A stretch of 61,931 nucleotides of DNA, the filler included, from Hausera hauseri (taxonomy: Eukaryota), in the NCBI GenBank assembly GCA_046269625.1. It is 10 parts of 10 records of this genome, joined end to end, with 100 filler letters (N's around TTAATTAATTAA, not from the genome) between each part and the next. Parts side by side here need not be neighbours in the genome. Positions count along the whole stretch, not along the records: positions 12,414 to 24,432 come from JBJURY010056662.1; positions 24,533 to 29,980 come from JBJURY010253403.1; 8 more parts are not named here. One strand, written 5' to 3'. Below are positions 12,314 to 24,730 of the stretch, piece by piece (the stretch's first letter is position 1; the number at the start of each line of letters is the position of its first letter). A program made the position numbers and the translations under genes. Below the pieces are notes generated by a model. It was not told the DNA's origin and made no database searches. It worked only from the letters and a program-made list of their open reading frames with translations.

Positions 12314-12445
12314 NNNNNNNNNNNNNNNNNNNNNNNNNNNNNNNNNNNNNNNNNNNNTTAATTAATTAANNNNNNNNNNNNNNNNNNNNNNNNNNNNNNN
12401 NNNNNNNNNNNNNCATAAGGTAATCTAAATTCAAGAGTAATTCTG

Positions 12446-13440
12446 TTATATATAAGGGGCGTGAGTTAAGGGCCACCCATATATATAACAAGTGTAAAAT
12501 AGAATTTTATCACTTTTTGCCAAAATCCTAACTGGTATATTTCCTACTAGTTCTTCCGGTATTACGGTTGCGGTAGTTAGAGTTGTACTCGGAATAGTGG
12601 ACGGTTTTCTTGTAGTGGTTGGGAACGGAAGCTTCCATATTCCACTTCTTGGACGGTATCCTCTTAAATAAGTGCTTGGCTGATTTGGACTGACCTTATA
12701 TAGGTCTAATTGTATCTCGTAACTGTACCCTTGGGGTATTTCACAGCACGGTTCTGGGTTCCATCGACTAATACCGCAATATTTAGCTGGCGCACTCGGT
12801 TTTTTAGATGATATAAATCGAACCGAGATCTGGTAGGATTCGGTTAAACTTGTTTTAGTTTTTATTTGAATACATGCATTTTTAAAATGCGTGGAAACTT
12901 CCATTTTATTTTCGCTTAGTAATTTAATTCGAGGGTACGTACTTTGAACTATGTCGGATAATTTTACGTCATCCGTTTGGACCTGCTTGGACATAGCTAT
13001 TTCGACCAATGGTTGTATCTCCGCTCGAATGACCTCGTAAGGGTAATAATACATGAGTATTACGTATCTGTATGATTGTCCGAAATCCAGTTCGCAACAT
13101 TGCTTATAATTTCCATATCGGAACTCGCAATCTCTTATCCTTCCATTGTTCGGATCAGTAAATTTAAATGATTTTTTATATATTTTCTAGTAGCTTTGTC
13201 AGTTTTGAACCAGATACAGGGCTTTCTTTTGTCTATGTCATATGCTTTTATTGTTTCTAAATTTTCCGCATCTTTTTGTCCTTCCAGACGTTGTTGTTCC
13301 TCTTTGTTTTTAGCTCCTCCTCCACTTTTGCTAATCCCATACACATCTGCTAAACTGGATTCACGATCGTCCCACCATTGTGCTTTAGTCTTAGGAGCGT
13401 AAGAGGCGATTTACGATAAGGCGATGACTATTTGCACATA
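12446..13440 (-). pseudogene. Post-integrase ORF: hydrophobic signal-like segment, Cys-rich domain, Thr/Pro-rich stalk
   Basis: PISYVQIVIALS..YAPKTKAQWWDD..DVYGISKSG; ACIQ..KYC..PCC; PTTTRKPSTIPSTTLTT. Homologous to 44460-45433. Confidence 0.6.
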
Positions 13441-14650
13441 TGATATTGGTCTGGTTACTATCGACGACGTTTTCTTTTCTTTATTGGTTTTGCTCGAACG
13501 CAAATTATCACGTTTGTCTGGTCTTATTTCCGTTCTAACTACTCTCTGAATTGATATGACCTCTTCCTTGCCGTTTTTATTTATATAAACTGTGGTTGGC
13601 GTAACCTTGGTAACTTCATAAGGTCCTCTGCCTGTTCTAGTAAGTTTGAGAGATGTGCCTTTCTTCGCCACTGGATAGTGTACGTAAACCCAGTTTCCTG
13701 GTTCTAAGTCGTGTGGTTTAGACTTCTTCTCGTATTGTTTCTTAAATTGTTCCTGGTATTCTTTAGATAATTCCTTGGCTATTTTCCAACACTTGTACAA
13801 TCTCAATTGTAATACCTCGACAAAATTCTGCTCCAAATCTTCCGTTTTATTTGTGTAGGGAATCAATCCTAGATCTGTAAGCAGTACAGCTTTTCTACCG
13901 TACATCATGTAAAACGGAGTGAATCCTGTCGCCATATGCGAGGTAGTATTGATGGCAAACTGTGTACCTTCTAAGAACTCATCACAATCTTTCTGGTCCT
14001 TTGCGACTACGGTCGATAAGATCCGTATAACTGTCGCGTTCATTCGTTCGACCATTCCATTACATTGGGGATGATAAGCTGTGGTAGTTAGTCGTTCAAT
14101 CTCAAAAATTTTTGTAATTTTGTCGAACAATTCGCTCATAAAGTTTCTCCCTCAATCTGTCAAAATTTGTTTAGGTGGTCCATATCTACAAATAATCTTC
14201 AGGACTACTACTTCTGCCAAGGTCTCGGCCTTTTGGTCTACTAATGTTACGAGCTCGACGAAATGAATCAGTCGATCTACGCAGGTCAAAATGTATTTGT
14301 TTTTCTTGTGAGTCGTCGGTAATGGTCCTACAATATCCATAGACATTGCTTGCATTGGTCTGTCAGGCACATTGATAGGTTTAAGCTCCGCTATGTAGTT
14401 TTCGCTTTTATTTGTTAGGTTGCACACACTTCACAATCATTTACCCAATTTCTCACGTCGATGTAGATGCTCGGTCAATAATATTTATTTAATATTCTTT
14501 CCAATGTCTTTTTCCATGACATGTGTCCGGCCAGATATAAATCATTTTCGGCCATGAACACTTCCACTCATAATCCTTTCGGTATGACAACTAATTTTCG
14601 TCCTTTATGTTCGTAGTACAACACATTTTCGTGATTCATATCTCCAACGA
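13411..14650 (-). pseudogene. pol: Gypsy integrase (HHCC remnant, DDE core, GPY)
   Basis: GHMSWKKT..WVNDCEVC; MDIVGPLP; ILTD; AYHPQCNGMVERMN; TGFTPF; GPYEV. Confidence 0.95.
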
Positions 14651-14859
14651 CGCAGTATTTGTGACCATATCGTCGTAGGTGTTTCCGTAATTGATGACCC
14701 CTTTGTGTTTTGTTGGTATTAACGAACTCTAAAATTTGTTATATGACTTTGTCTTTTCTTTGTTCGATAGAAATTTTCATTGCCTTATCTAGCGTAAGAG
14801 TCCGTTGTCTTTCTACTAAATCTTCAAGGTGGGCTATCCTCATTACCGTAACTGCGCTT

Positions 14860-16372
14860 GCTTTAGTTTTAAGTCTCGATAATGCATTGGAATGGATGTG
14901 TTTATTTCCGGGTTTGTATTGGAATTAGATATTGTAACGTGAAATCTCCTCTATCCATCTGTTAAGTCTACAGGTTGGGTTATTTGCCCTACCTTTTAAG
15001 GTGGTAACTGCCTTGTGATCGGTAACGATTACGATCTTTTGTCCATAGACGTATACATAAAAATGTTGCAAGGCTTCTTTCACCGCTACCGTTTCCAACT
15101 TCGTTACTGAAGAGTTCTTCTCGGCTTTCTTTAGAGACCGCCCTTCGTATGCGATCGCGTGTTCTTGCTCCTTGTCTTCACGTTTCTGAGCTAGCTCATA
15201 TCCGATACCTTCCTTACTGGCGTCTATTTTGATTATAAACGGTAGGTTGAAGTCAGGATATCTTATAACAGGTTCACTAGTTAAAATTTTTTTAATTTCA
15301 GCGAAAGCCTTTTGTTCGACATCGGTCCATTTCCATTTGATCCCTTTTTTAGTAAACGATACAAGCGTGCATTTATCTTTGCATTATCCGGTACATAAGT
15401 GGAATAATATCCACATAATCCTAACCAGTGCCTCAGTTCCTTTTGATTCTGGGGTTCCATGCAATGTGATATCTTACTTAATTGTGATTTATCTGGCTTC
15501 GACCCTCCTTCTCAAACTATATGTCTAAGGTAGGACACGGCATTCTAAGCCCATTTGCAATTCTTGGGATTCAGTTTCAATTCAGCTTGCTCCAATCTCA
15601 TGAGTGTACCTTCAATGTCTTTTAAATGTTTCTTTTCTATTTTCGAGGCAATCATGACGTAATCTAAATTGGCGAATGCGTGTTCCAGTATCATCAGCAT
15701 TTGGTTCATCATGAGGGTAACGATGGCTGGTCTGGTAGTTATCCCAAATGGCATAACGTTGAATTCGTATATGCCGTCGTGTGTCTTAAATGCCGTTTTA
15801 TAACGGTCTTCCTCCTCTATCTCTACTTGCCAGTATACGGATTGTAAATCGAAAGTGGTGAACCATTTAGCTCCCGAAAGTCTATGCAATGCTTCCTTTA
15901 CCGATGGCAATGGGAAGGAGTCTTTTATTATAAGTGTGTTTAGCGTTCGACAGTCGATACAAAATCGGTGCTTAGCGGTGTCTTTCTTCTTAACATTGAG
16001 GATAGATGAATACCAAGATCTATAGCTTGGTCTGATTATGTCAGCCTTTAACATCCGTTCAACTTCCTTAGTTATTTCCGGCCTTAACGAGTGTGGAGGA
16101 GGGTACAATTTGGGCATCTTTTGATCTTCCAAATCTATTTCATCGTTAGAACCAGGCTTCTTCTTAAGTGGGATTGTGAGTCTTAAGGTTTTGGCTCGGT
16201 CAATATCCTCTTCATCTTTTGCGATAACCGAGCTGTAACGAAAAAGTAAGTCGTAAAATCGGGGGGGGGAATTCGGCATCCTTATACGGTTTGTCTTCGA
16301 TCGTAATTGATGAAACTCTATACGTGTGCCCCAAAGTGGTATTAGCGTACAGTTTAATTGGAGTTGGTGCAT
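14860..16372 (-). pseudogene. pol: Gypsy reverse transcriptase and RNase H, decayed
   Basis: RFCIDCRTLN, DSFPLP, FTTFDLQSVYWQV, KTAF, VMPFG, degenerate YxDD (NLDY), KLNPKNC; RH IDAS..GIG..IAY.GRSL..AEKN..VTDHKA. Confidence 0.95.
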
Positions 16373-17159
16373 TATTCGCCATTCTAATTGGTACGCGACC
16401 CGTCGATACTCTGGTCAAAATGTTATTGGTCGGACTGAGAGATTCTTTTGGCTCAAAATTTACCGGCTGGTCGTCATCTTGATGTATTTGAGCGTATATT
16501 AATATTTCGGTTCTGGGTGGCACGTTTTCGTCTACGGGAATCCACACTTCTCCGAACTTTCTATCTTTAGTAGTTTTGACTCCTTTTATTGGGTTAAGTT
16601 CTATCAGCTTGCCTGCATTGACGTCGATTGCTATATTGGGTAGTTGTCTCAATAAATCGCATCCTAATACTACATCATCCGTTAGTTGCTCCATTACTAA
16701 AAATTCCTGGTGAAAAGACTGTCCCATTATGTGAATTTCTGGTTTCCATCGGGATTTCCTTTTTGATGATTGTCTGAAGGTTCCGATGCTTCCTGGATCT
16801 GTCGTAGGAGGCGGGTACAATTGTCCCCATAGAAATTGTGGTATTGAATTGTATTTGAACAGTGATATTTCGGATCCTGTGTCTATCAGCGCATATACTT
16901 CCCAATCTTCTAATCTAATTTTTGCAAATGGCCTTCCTTCATTTATGGTACCATAATAGTTTGGTGCCACCTGAAGGCGTCGGATCGTGGACACTTTGTA
17001 CCCGTTAATGGTAACATCCGTGGTTCCAACTGGCTGGTCAATTAGTTGTCTTAATTCTTCAATTGGATATAGTCCATTAGTCGCACCATTCGTGTTTCCT
17101 ATTCCTTGGTTCCTTAACTGGCGTTTGAACGTCTGGGTTCTGGAGATTGTGCGCTTCAC
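16212..17159 (-). CDS. pol: Retropepsin aspartic protease followed by a degenerate dUTPase-like spacer
   Basis: ALIDTGSEIS and DVVLGCDLL; downstream VPPRTE..VPIRMAN..IKLY..TTLG pattern. Confidence 0.9.
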   Translation of the reverse strand: MKRTISRTQTFKRQLRNQGIGNTNGATNGLYPIEELRQLIDQPVGTTDVTINGYKVSTIRRLQVAPNYYGTINEGRPFAKIRLEDWEVYALIDTGSEISLFKYNSIPQFLWGQLYPPPTTDPGSIGTFRQSSKRKSRWKPEIHIMGQSFHQEFLVMEQLTDDVVLGCDLLRQLPNIAIDVNAGKLIELNPIKGVKTTKDRKFGEVWIPVDENVPPRTEILIYAQIHQDDDQPVNFEPKESLSPTNNILTRVSTGRVPIRMANNAPTPIKLYANTTLGHTYRVSSITIEDKPYKDAEFPPPILRLTFSLQLGYRKR

Positions 17160-19438
17160 GGCTTCTCATAAATATTGATTGCGTTTCGTTTGGTTTAGGT
17201 ACTCTAGACGAGTAAATTATACCGTGATCGTCGACTACCGATCGACAATGTGGGGCAGTCGTTCTTTCCGTTTCGTCGATCTTACGCAATATCCCGTATG
17301 GTTTCGTTCCCTCGTAATGATTCTCCAAATTGAATGGCTTCCGATAGATATCTGTCTGGCACGAGCTCATAGATTGTATCTCACAATCTTCATATGTAGG
17401 TACCGTCGGCGGTAATATTGGTAACGGCAGTCTCATCACAGAGTAATTTTTGTGCCGGTTTGATCTAGAGATGACGTCCCCTCCCTTAGGCTCGTAATTA
17501 TCGGAGTTATTTTTTCGTTTCTTACTGTCTAGGAACTTTTGCCTACAATTGAATATGTACCTCTTACGTTTTCGGTTATGGTAGCCAACATGTCGCTCCA
17601 CATCTGTTTTCCATCTATTCTCTTCATAGGCTTTTAAGAACGTGCCGAAAGGCGTAATAATAGCCGTCAAAATTTTGCACGAAAATCCTGTTAAGGTGAA
17701 TATCTCATATCCATTTATGACTGCTTGTATTATAGCTTTTACCAGTTGAATTAAGAAGTACATCGCTTGAAATTTCGACACGACCTGCCCGAATATTAGG
17801 AATCTTCCCCAAATTTTGTACAATATTTCCGTAGTTACCTTTTTATAATAGCCGACGCCAAGTAATGACTCCCATTTCGCTTGGTAGCGCGAGTACTGTA
17901 ATATTGTATGCATTGATCGATTTAGTTCGTGCGTACGCTGACGAGGGAAGGCGAGAAACTGTCTGAACGCTGCTACTTCTTTTGGTCGGTAAATACCCTT
18001 CGTGGCTAAATCTTGAAATTTATCGTCGGTTATTCCTTTTATTAAGTTTGTCCCTGTCAACTTGGCAGGTGGTGCAATAATACCGCAGTTCGGTAAACTT
18101 ACCCAGTCGGTTTCGCTTTGTCTAAACATTGGCTCACCTAGACTGGTTTTACAGTCTCTTAAGATTGTCGGTTGAGTGGAATTAGCCAATAGTACCCTGG
18201 AAATCGGTGTTACTAATCCCGGTACGACCTGGTGTATTACTGGAAGTTCTTGTATACATCTCTTCTCTTCCACATTAATCGGTACGTCTTTCTTCTTGCA
18301 CTCATAAGTCAGTAAGACTTCTGCGGTTACCCGTCCAAAAACACCTTCCTTCATTGGAATTATTGGTGAGGTCAACTCGGGATTGGCATATATTAGAGCC
18401 AGTTTAGTTCTCATGATTTTCAAATCCAACTTGCAGCCGTTCGTTATCATTTTATGGTATAGCTCGGCCATTCCTGCTTGTCCATTATAATAGAAATAAT
18501 CGTCTCTGTTTTTCAAGTAATCTTTAATCCAACTGTCCTGAGTCTCGAGGTTGAACGTTCTGGCGTTTATTTCCGTCTCCGCGACAAAAAATGCTTCATA
18601 GTTGGTAGCATACATTATAACGTCGCATCTTGTAAGTACATCTTTAATCACCAACCTTAGTCCATGGGTATCCGAGATCAGTATTGTCGCTGTGGACTGT
18701 TCGGCTACATTTTCTCGTGTTTTCGAATTAGTTTCCATGTTACTTATGTATCGTTTTCCTTTCGTCTCGTTGAACTTAAGTTTTTTAATTCTGATAAAAT
18801 TGCAATTGGTCTTTTCTGGCGGTTCCCAAATTACCACGGGACTTCGGAAGGGGCACGTGCCATCCTGAATGTGATATTTGTGGTTTTCTGTGTAAAGCTT
18901 TGTAACGCTATGGAACATTACCTTTTGTAAGCGCATCTCGGTTTCGTAAAAGTCTACTACTACGATGTTTGACTCTAATCCCTTTCCCGTGTCGTACTCT
19001 GAACTATTACAATCCCCGGTATGCATGTCTAGTCTTTCTTACGTGACTTTACACACTGATTATTTTTCCTTCCTGCACTTCCAGTTCCATGCTGTCCCAT
19101 TTTATCCTTCCTGTCACTCTAGCTTGCTTACAATGATGACGTTCTAAATTCATCGGAATTGACGGAGTCGTGGGCTTGATTATTGAAGAGTGTCCATGTA
19201 CCAGTCCATAATGGAAAATGCTGCGAGATCGTCGCAACATACATTCTACTCCATCCCAGGTAACTAGTTCGCGCTGTTGATATAGCATATAATTTTTCTC
19301 CTTCGTTTCTAATTTATGTGACCTCGCGTCTTCGCATATTTCTAAGTCAATTAGTGAATATTTTTGGCCAAGTCTAAATTTATCACAATCATATACTGTA
19401 ACTGCACCCATTTGTCTTATTAACATTATCCTGGTCAA
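17077..19438 (-). CDS. Chuvirus-like (Jingchuvirales-type, class III/gB-like) envelope glycoprotein, one break near 19030-19050
   Basis: VYDC..YSLIDLEIC..LYQ..C..R..HYG..HSS..C...TG; GDC..Y; WEP..C; LY...C...LALI..P; G..AEV...C; C.QELPV..TP.SRVL..C; LATKGIY..FP; C-terminal hydrophobic helices WGRFLIFG..IKAII..GY..TGFS..LTAI. This follows the motif order of chuviral glycoproteins. Confidence 0.88.
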
Positions 19439-19456
19439 AAATTTGATTAGCCAGTT

Positions 19457-22400
19457 CTACTCATCTACTCTGGCATTTCCAATTACATTTCGTAGAAGAT
19501 CCACGAATCTATTGTTACCGCAGAAGAATCTATTTTGATCTTTCTCTTCCCTTTTGAATAACTTGGACCAACTCACTTCTCGAGGTAGTTGCCTGGCAGT
19601 CTTTCTTGCCAAGCTAGTAGCCTTGTTGAATTGGTTGGTTTTGATGGCCAGGTATAACAACAATTTTCTTAATTTTTCTATGACATTTTCTACCATAATC
19701 TTCTCGATTATCATTTCATCGCTCAAGGTACTTCTAGATAATTTACATCGGCGGCCTTTCATGGTCTTGGCAGCATTGAATATGGCCTTCTCTTTTTCAT
19801 CTAATGTCACTGCCGAGACTAGAGTGGTTTACTATTCGTATCAAACTTTTCATAAGTTCGCTCAGTTCCTCGTGGTCCGCATTGCAGGTTGGTATGGACA
19901 TTTGTCTCAGCTCTTTGATTAGGGCTCCATTATAGTCGATTTCTTCTTGTATCTTCCGTGGTCTGCCGACAGGACGCTTCTGTTTTGTTGCAGTAGGTAC
20001 GCTGCTATTGATCGGTACTAAATTTTTATCATATTGTTCCTTATCTTCGTCTGTCTGTAGGTACTTGAAGTATACTGCTGCGTCCCGAACTCCTATAATT
20101 CGTCCTACCCACTGTTCCTCTTTACCCTTTCTTATATCTTCTTCTTTTGTTTCTTTGATAGGAATGGTTACAACAATCCGGTTGGCTTCACCTGGAATAA
20201 TGCTGACTTCTATTAATAGCTCCGTTTCCTCTAGTATTCTCCATCTAAAATAGAGTCTGTAGCTTAACTCTTGTTTATATCCATTATTTTTTATCCGCAA
20301 TATTACGTCTTCCACGCAGGAGTGCGTAGTGAACTCGTGTTTCTTCTCGACCATTCAGTCAGATACTATCTTTACTGGGATTGTCTCCTCTAACTTTGCC
20401 TTTAAAATCCTAGCATATTTTTTAAGTAAAAGCTTAGGTACCGTGCTAGATATCGTACCTTCGCTAGCTAATTTAATTAGAGTGGGGACCAATAGCCTTA
20501 ATGGATTTTCCGTGAGGTTTACTTCGATCAACTGAATTAAATCTTTCTCAGCATTTACTGGGTCTAGGAGCATTCCCACGTTAAATCTTTGGTCCGAAGA
20601 ATATACCTCCATTTCATCCAATTGTATGGGAGTTTTCGGGTTTTCGGCAATCATTGCGTCTAAATATTTCTCCCATTCTGTTTCATTCTCGTTATTCGGA
20701 AGTTCATAGTCTCTTGTCGGTGCATCGGTTGGTCTATCCACACCTGCGGTCCATATAGTTTTTCTGAGTTCTTCTAGTTTCTGTTGCATTTTGACCATTT
20801 TCGTCGTTCGGAAACAGCGCCCATTAGCAGAGGTTTGACGTAGCAGTGTTAACAACGAACATAATTCTTCAGCCGGAATTAATCCTTGTTCTTGATAGCC
20901 TGTTAGTTTGGCGGTGACGTTTTTTGCCACCTTTGCACGAATTGTGACTTATCAGCCTTTTCTGCCTCTGTAAGGGCGTATTTGTTTTTATAAACTTCGA
21001 GTTCCCTAACTAGTTCGTCTAATCTCATTGCTCTCTGTTTAGTCTTAATGCAAGTTTCTTCGGCTTGATACATCTGCTGCAACAATTGTCTTAGTTTCTC
21101 GTCACTAATTTCTGCCATTTCTGCCTTCAATAGCGCTAATTCATACATCTCGTTAATACTGTTTGCATCTGGGTATATCGCATCTAGTAATTTTTTTACA
21201 AATTTAATCTCTTCGAAGCTAAGTTGGTGGTCGTTCTTTATTTTAATAAGTTCGGTATGATGCCTTTGATCCGTTCCATCCATCCATCTTTATGGGTGGT
21301 GTAAGAATTTCACCACTTCTTCAACAACTGACCGATATGCGGGACAAAAGTCCAGGATTTCAGGATCTCGAATCGGGATTTCCTCGATAGGTTTGGTTGT
21401 CAAATGTTGGATTTCTTTTAGGCGGATATCTCTTAATCTCGGATAAAAATCGCAAGTTGCATTTCTTTCCGCATGAAGTTTGTTTCTTCGCTCATCTTAT
21501 ATATATCATTTAGTATTGTCTTTTCATGTTTTTTTCCATAAAGTTTAATTGACGTAATGCCTCGAACTGGGTTCGGATGTCAACTTCTACCTTCATAGTA
21601 TCTAGGTTTCGGGCGTCTTCCTCTAATCGTTTCTTTACTCTAGGTTCGCTCTCCGGAAATTCTTTTTTTCGATTGTTGATTAATTCACTCAACCTGGTTA
21701 TTACTTTGGATTATTCGTTCAACTGATTAGTGATTTATGGCGTTCTCAATTTCGTTTTGTCTAACCTTTTGCAAGCGTCCTCTAATTCGTTATTCGGAAC
21801 TTTAATAAAATCGATGACCCGACGGGCGTAGTCGAACTCGTCTTTATATTAGTCAAACTCAAGAATACAATCCATAATTATTTTCTGTGTTTCGCCGTTA
21901 TTTGGATACATAATTATATTCCCCAGACTATATATTTGGGATCTTTTTTCAGCCTCAATTCTGATACGACTTTCCAGACTTGTATACTGTTTTGATGCCG
22001 TAGAAGCGGCCTTTATCATTTCCATCAAGGATGTAATATTTATGGAATCTATGCTTAACATATCTAGATCAATTGCTTCTCGTTCCTTGGCCGGTTTTTC
22101 CTTAAGTCGTTTGACTATTGCAAATTTCGGATTGGCTTCTAATGCAGTTAATAGAGACTGGGCTTGGTTGACTCTAGCTTCAATATCTTGGGTAGTTTTA
22201 TCCCACGTCTCCGGAATTTTCGTCTCAGTTTTAGTCCACCGTTCTAATTCGCGTTTCCATTGAAATAGTGTTTCTTTTGCCACCTCTTTAGGCTGATCTA
22301 AGTCAACAGTTTCACTTAGTTTCCCTTCACCATATAGCTTAATCTTTTTACATGATCTCTCTACAAACTGTTGTTCCTTGCCAGAAATATCCACTTGTTC

Positions 22401-23057
22401 ACTTATGGCTTTGAATTTTTCTAGATTTTGTTATACTACCTCTGGGTTGAGACAATTCATCCTCATTCTTTTTAATTCTTCGGCGTTTTTCCATGAGCGT
22501 CTGATTTTCCACTTCTTAGGATCGAGTTTCTCCTCTTGTTATATTTCCTCTTCGATAGCAGGTAAGGGACATACATCATTTATCTTATTTACAGATTTCG
22601 TCAGCTCACAATTTCGCCGGGCGTAGCTAAATTAATTTCCGGACCGTTCGAGGTGCACTTTATGTCGCTTTCTAATGCGATTTCGGTTTCTCTCTTTGTG
22701 TTAGGCTTCTCCTTAAATATTGGGGATCTCAAACGATCTCAGTGATAGACTACGGACTCTATTCTTGGTAATTTTAAGTATGAGAGGTTCTAAAAATTCT
22801 TCTCCATCGTCGGTCTCGGCCTCCTTGGTTACCCTTTTTATAGTACACTCGGGGTCTACATCTAAATCTACCTTATTCGGAGTCTCAGGTTTTTCTGTTT
22901 CGATTAACTCTTTGTTTGTCGTAGGAACGTTCTTTTTCTGTGCCATATCATTCAGCCTTGGTAGGGCAATGGAATGTTCATATTCTGTTTCTGGTTCGCG
23001 TATACCGTGATAAATGTCCAATAATCGTAGCTTATGCTCGTACTCATTTCTAGCCAC
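19457..23057 (-). pseudogene. Series of fragmented unknown ORFs (charged, coiled-coil-like; AT-hook KRPVGRPRK) between gag and the glycoprotein
   Basis: Near-continuous minus-strand coding in shifting frames. 20930-20355 and 20354-19797 are in frame across one stop. Confidence 0.6.
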
Positions 23058-23079
23058 TAAAACTTTAGTGTCTTTAGTA

Positions 23080-24373
23080 TCATGTTGGGCCTTTAAAAAG
23101 TGTTGTAAGTCTTGTACCGTAAATTGCTTCTAAGTTTTTATTTTTAATTACATTAGTTTTACTAGGTTCCACAAACGAGACACTTCGCGAGTTTGGACAG
23201 GATCTCGCTATATGTCCTTCTATTCCGCATGTAGATTGCGTTGTCATTTCTCCCGATCCTTTGTCGGCCATCTTCGTTCACTGTAGATTTCGATCTACTC
23301 GGATTTCTATTTTAGCCCTGCCGCACCGGGGCTTGCCTACTATCCACATTTTGGCGCTTATCATAATTCCGACTGTCATTCTGTCGATTAAAATTTTTGG
23401 AACCGTCTAGGCGTTTATCCGTATGATAGTTTGATTTACTAGAAAAACTATTTCTACTATTATCAAAATTCTGGTTGCTGTATCGATAATTCATGCGATT
23501 ATAATTACCGTTCTTGTTCCGATCGCCATAATTCCTGTTAAATCGTCTATCATTTCTATTATTCCGATTTTTATCGCTTCGGTCACTTCGATCATTGTAT
23601 CTATCATTTCTGTCGCTGTTTCTGGCATATCTATCCAATGACATTTCTAGGTCCTGAGCTAATTGTAATATCATATCAAAATTCTCCGGGCGTGCTAGAA
23701 TCAGTTGCTTTACTATGTCTTTAGACCAAATATCGTTTATTAACTGCGTCATCATCATGACGTCTAAATCTGGAGGGCTTGCCTTTTCTGCGGCTTCACG
23801 TTCTGATTCGTTTTTAGCCTTGGCTAAGTTTGCTATTCTTAAGGTGCTCACATAACTGTTCGTCAATTTTTTTTAAAGCAAAAGCGAATTGGGTTATCGA
23901 TTCAGCCTTTCGTTGAACTCTATTCTGAAAAACCATAAGTTTTTGTTGCGGCGTTACAGTCGATAATAATTTTCGGTTCAAGGCTCCTACCAGGGAGGAC
24001 CAATTTTTCTTCTCATCATCGGTGTGCTCGCTATAGGCATCAGAGGCCAAATTCTTTAAATATAACGACAGGCGTTAGCTGGAAGTCCAGCACATTCTGC
24101 GTGCAACTCATATGTTCTTAAGAATTCATTGAGTCCGTCCGGGTCTCCGTCGTACGCCAGCAGATTTAGGGAATCAAATGTGGAAATGTCTAACTTCTGA
24201 GCAACTGCTTGATTTTCAACCATATTTTCAACATTTATTAAATTTTGCTTAACTATCTTACGAGGTCTAATTCTCTTATCAGGAACTGTAAATTCCAAGG
24301 GTTGTTCAACAGCGTTTAAGTCGATTGGCTCAGTATTAGCTAAGTTTGTTTCAGATAAAGTACGTCTACTCAA
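23080..24373 (-). pseudogene. gag: Gag (capsid, Asn/Arg/Asp-rich region, degenerate CCHC knuckle)
   Basis: YDGD..EFLRTYE; WSSLV..L; RVQRKAESITQFA..L; CGIEGHIARSC. Confidence 0.85.
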
Positions 24374-24730
24374 CGTCTCACCTTGTCTATATATTCTATT
24401 ACGCGTTTCGCGAAGTGTAATATTTTCTTTACNNNNNNNNNNNNNNNNNNNNNNNNNNNNNNNNNNNNNNNNNNNNTTAATTAATTAANNNNNNNNNNNN
24501 NNNNNNNNNNNNNNNNNNNNNNNNNNNNNNNNATGCTCATAATTCGCTTAAGTGAACAATTATTACATACCACCATTATCCCTACATACACTTCACCATT
24601 AGTACAAGCTCACTTACTTAGACAATTGTATAATCTTTTGTCGAATTCATTGTATATCGAAGATGCTGACAATATAAATCATAATATTATTGAATTAAAT
24701 TTTAGTTAATTCTATCTATATTTAGATCCT

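Larger units (their letters stand above)
12414..24432 (-). mobile_element. Large Ty3/Gypsy LTR-retroelement internal region with a chuvirus-like glycoprotein between gag and pol
   Basis: All coding is on the minus strand: gag, unknown ORFs, glycoprotein, PR, RT, RH, IN, 3' Cys-rich ORF. LTRs are not on this contig. Confidence 0.88.

Noticed and set aside
17077-19438. Stand-alone endogenous chuvirus genome
   Set aside because: No recognisable L polymerase or nucleoprotein is present, and G is embedded co-directionally in a Gypsy gag-pol.
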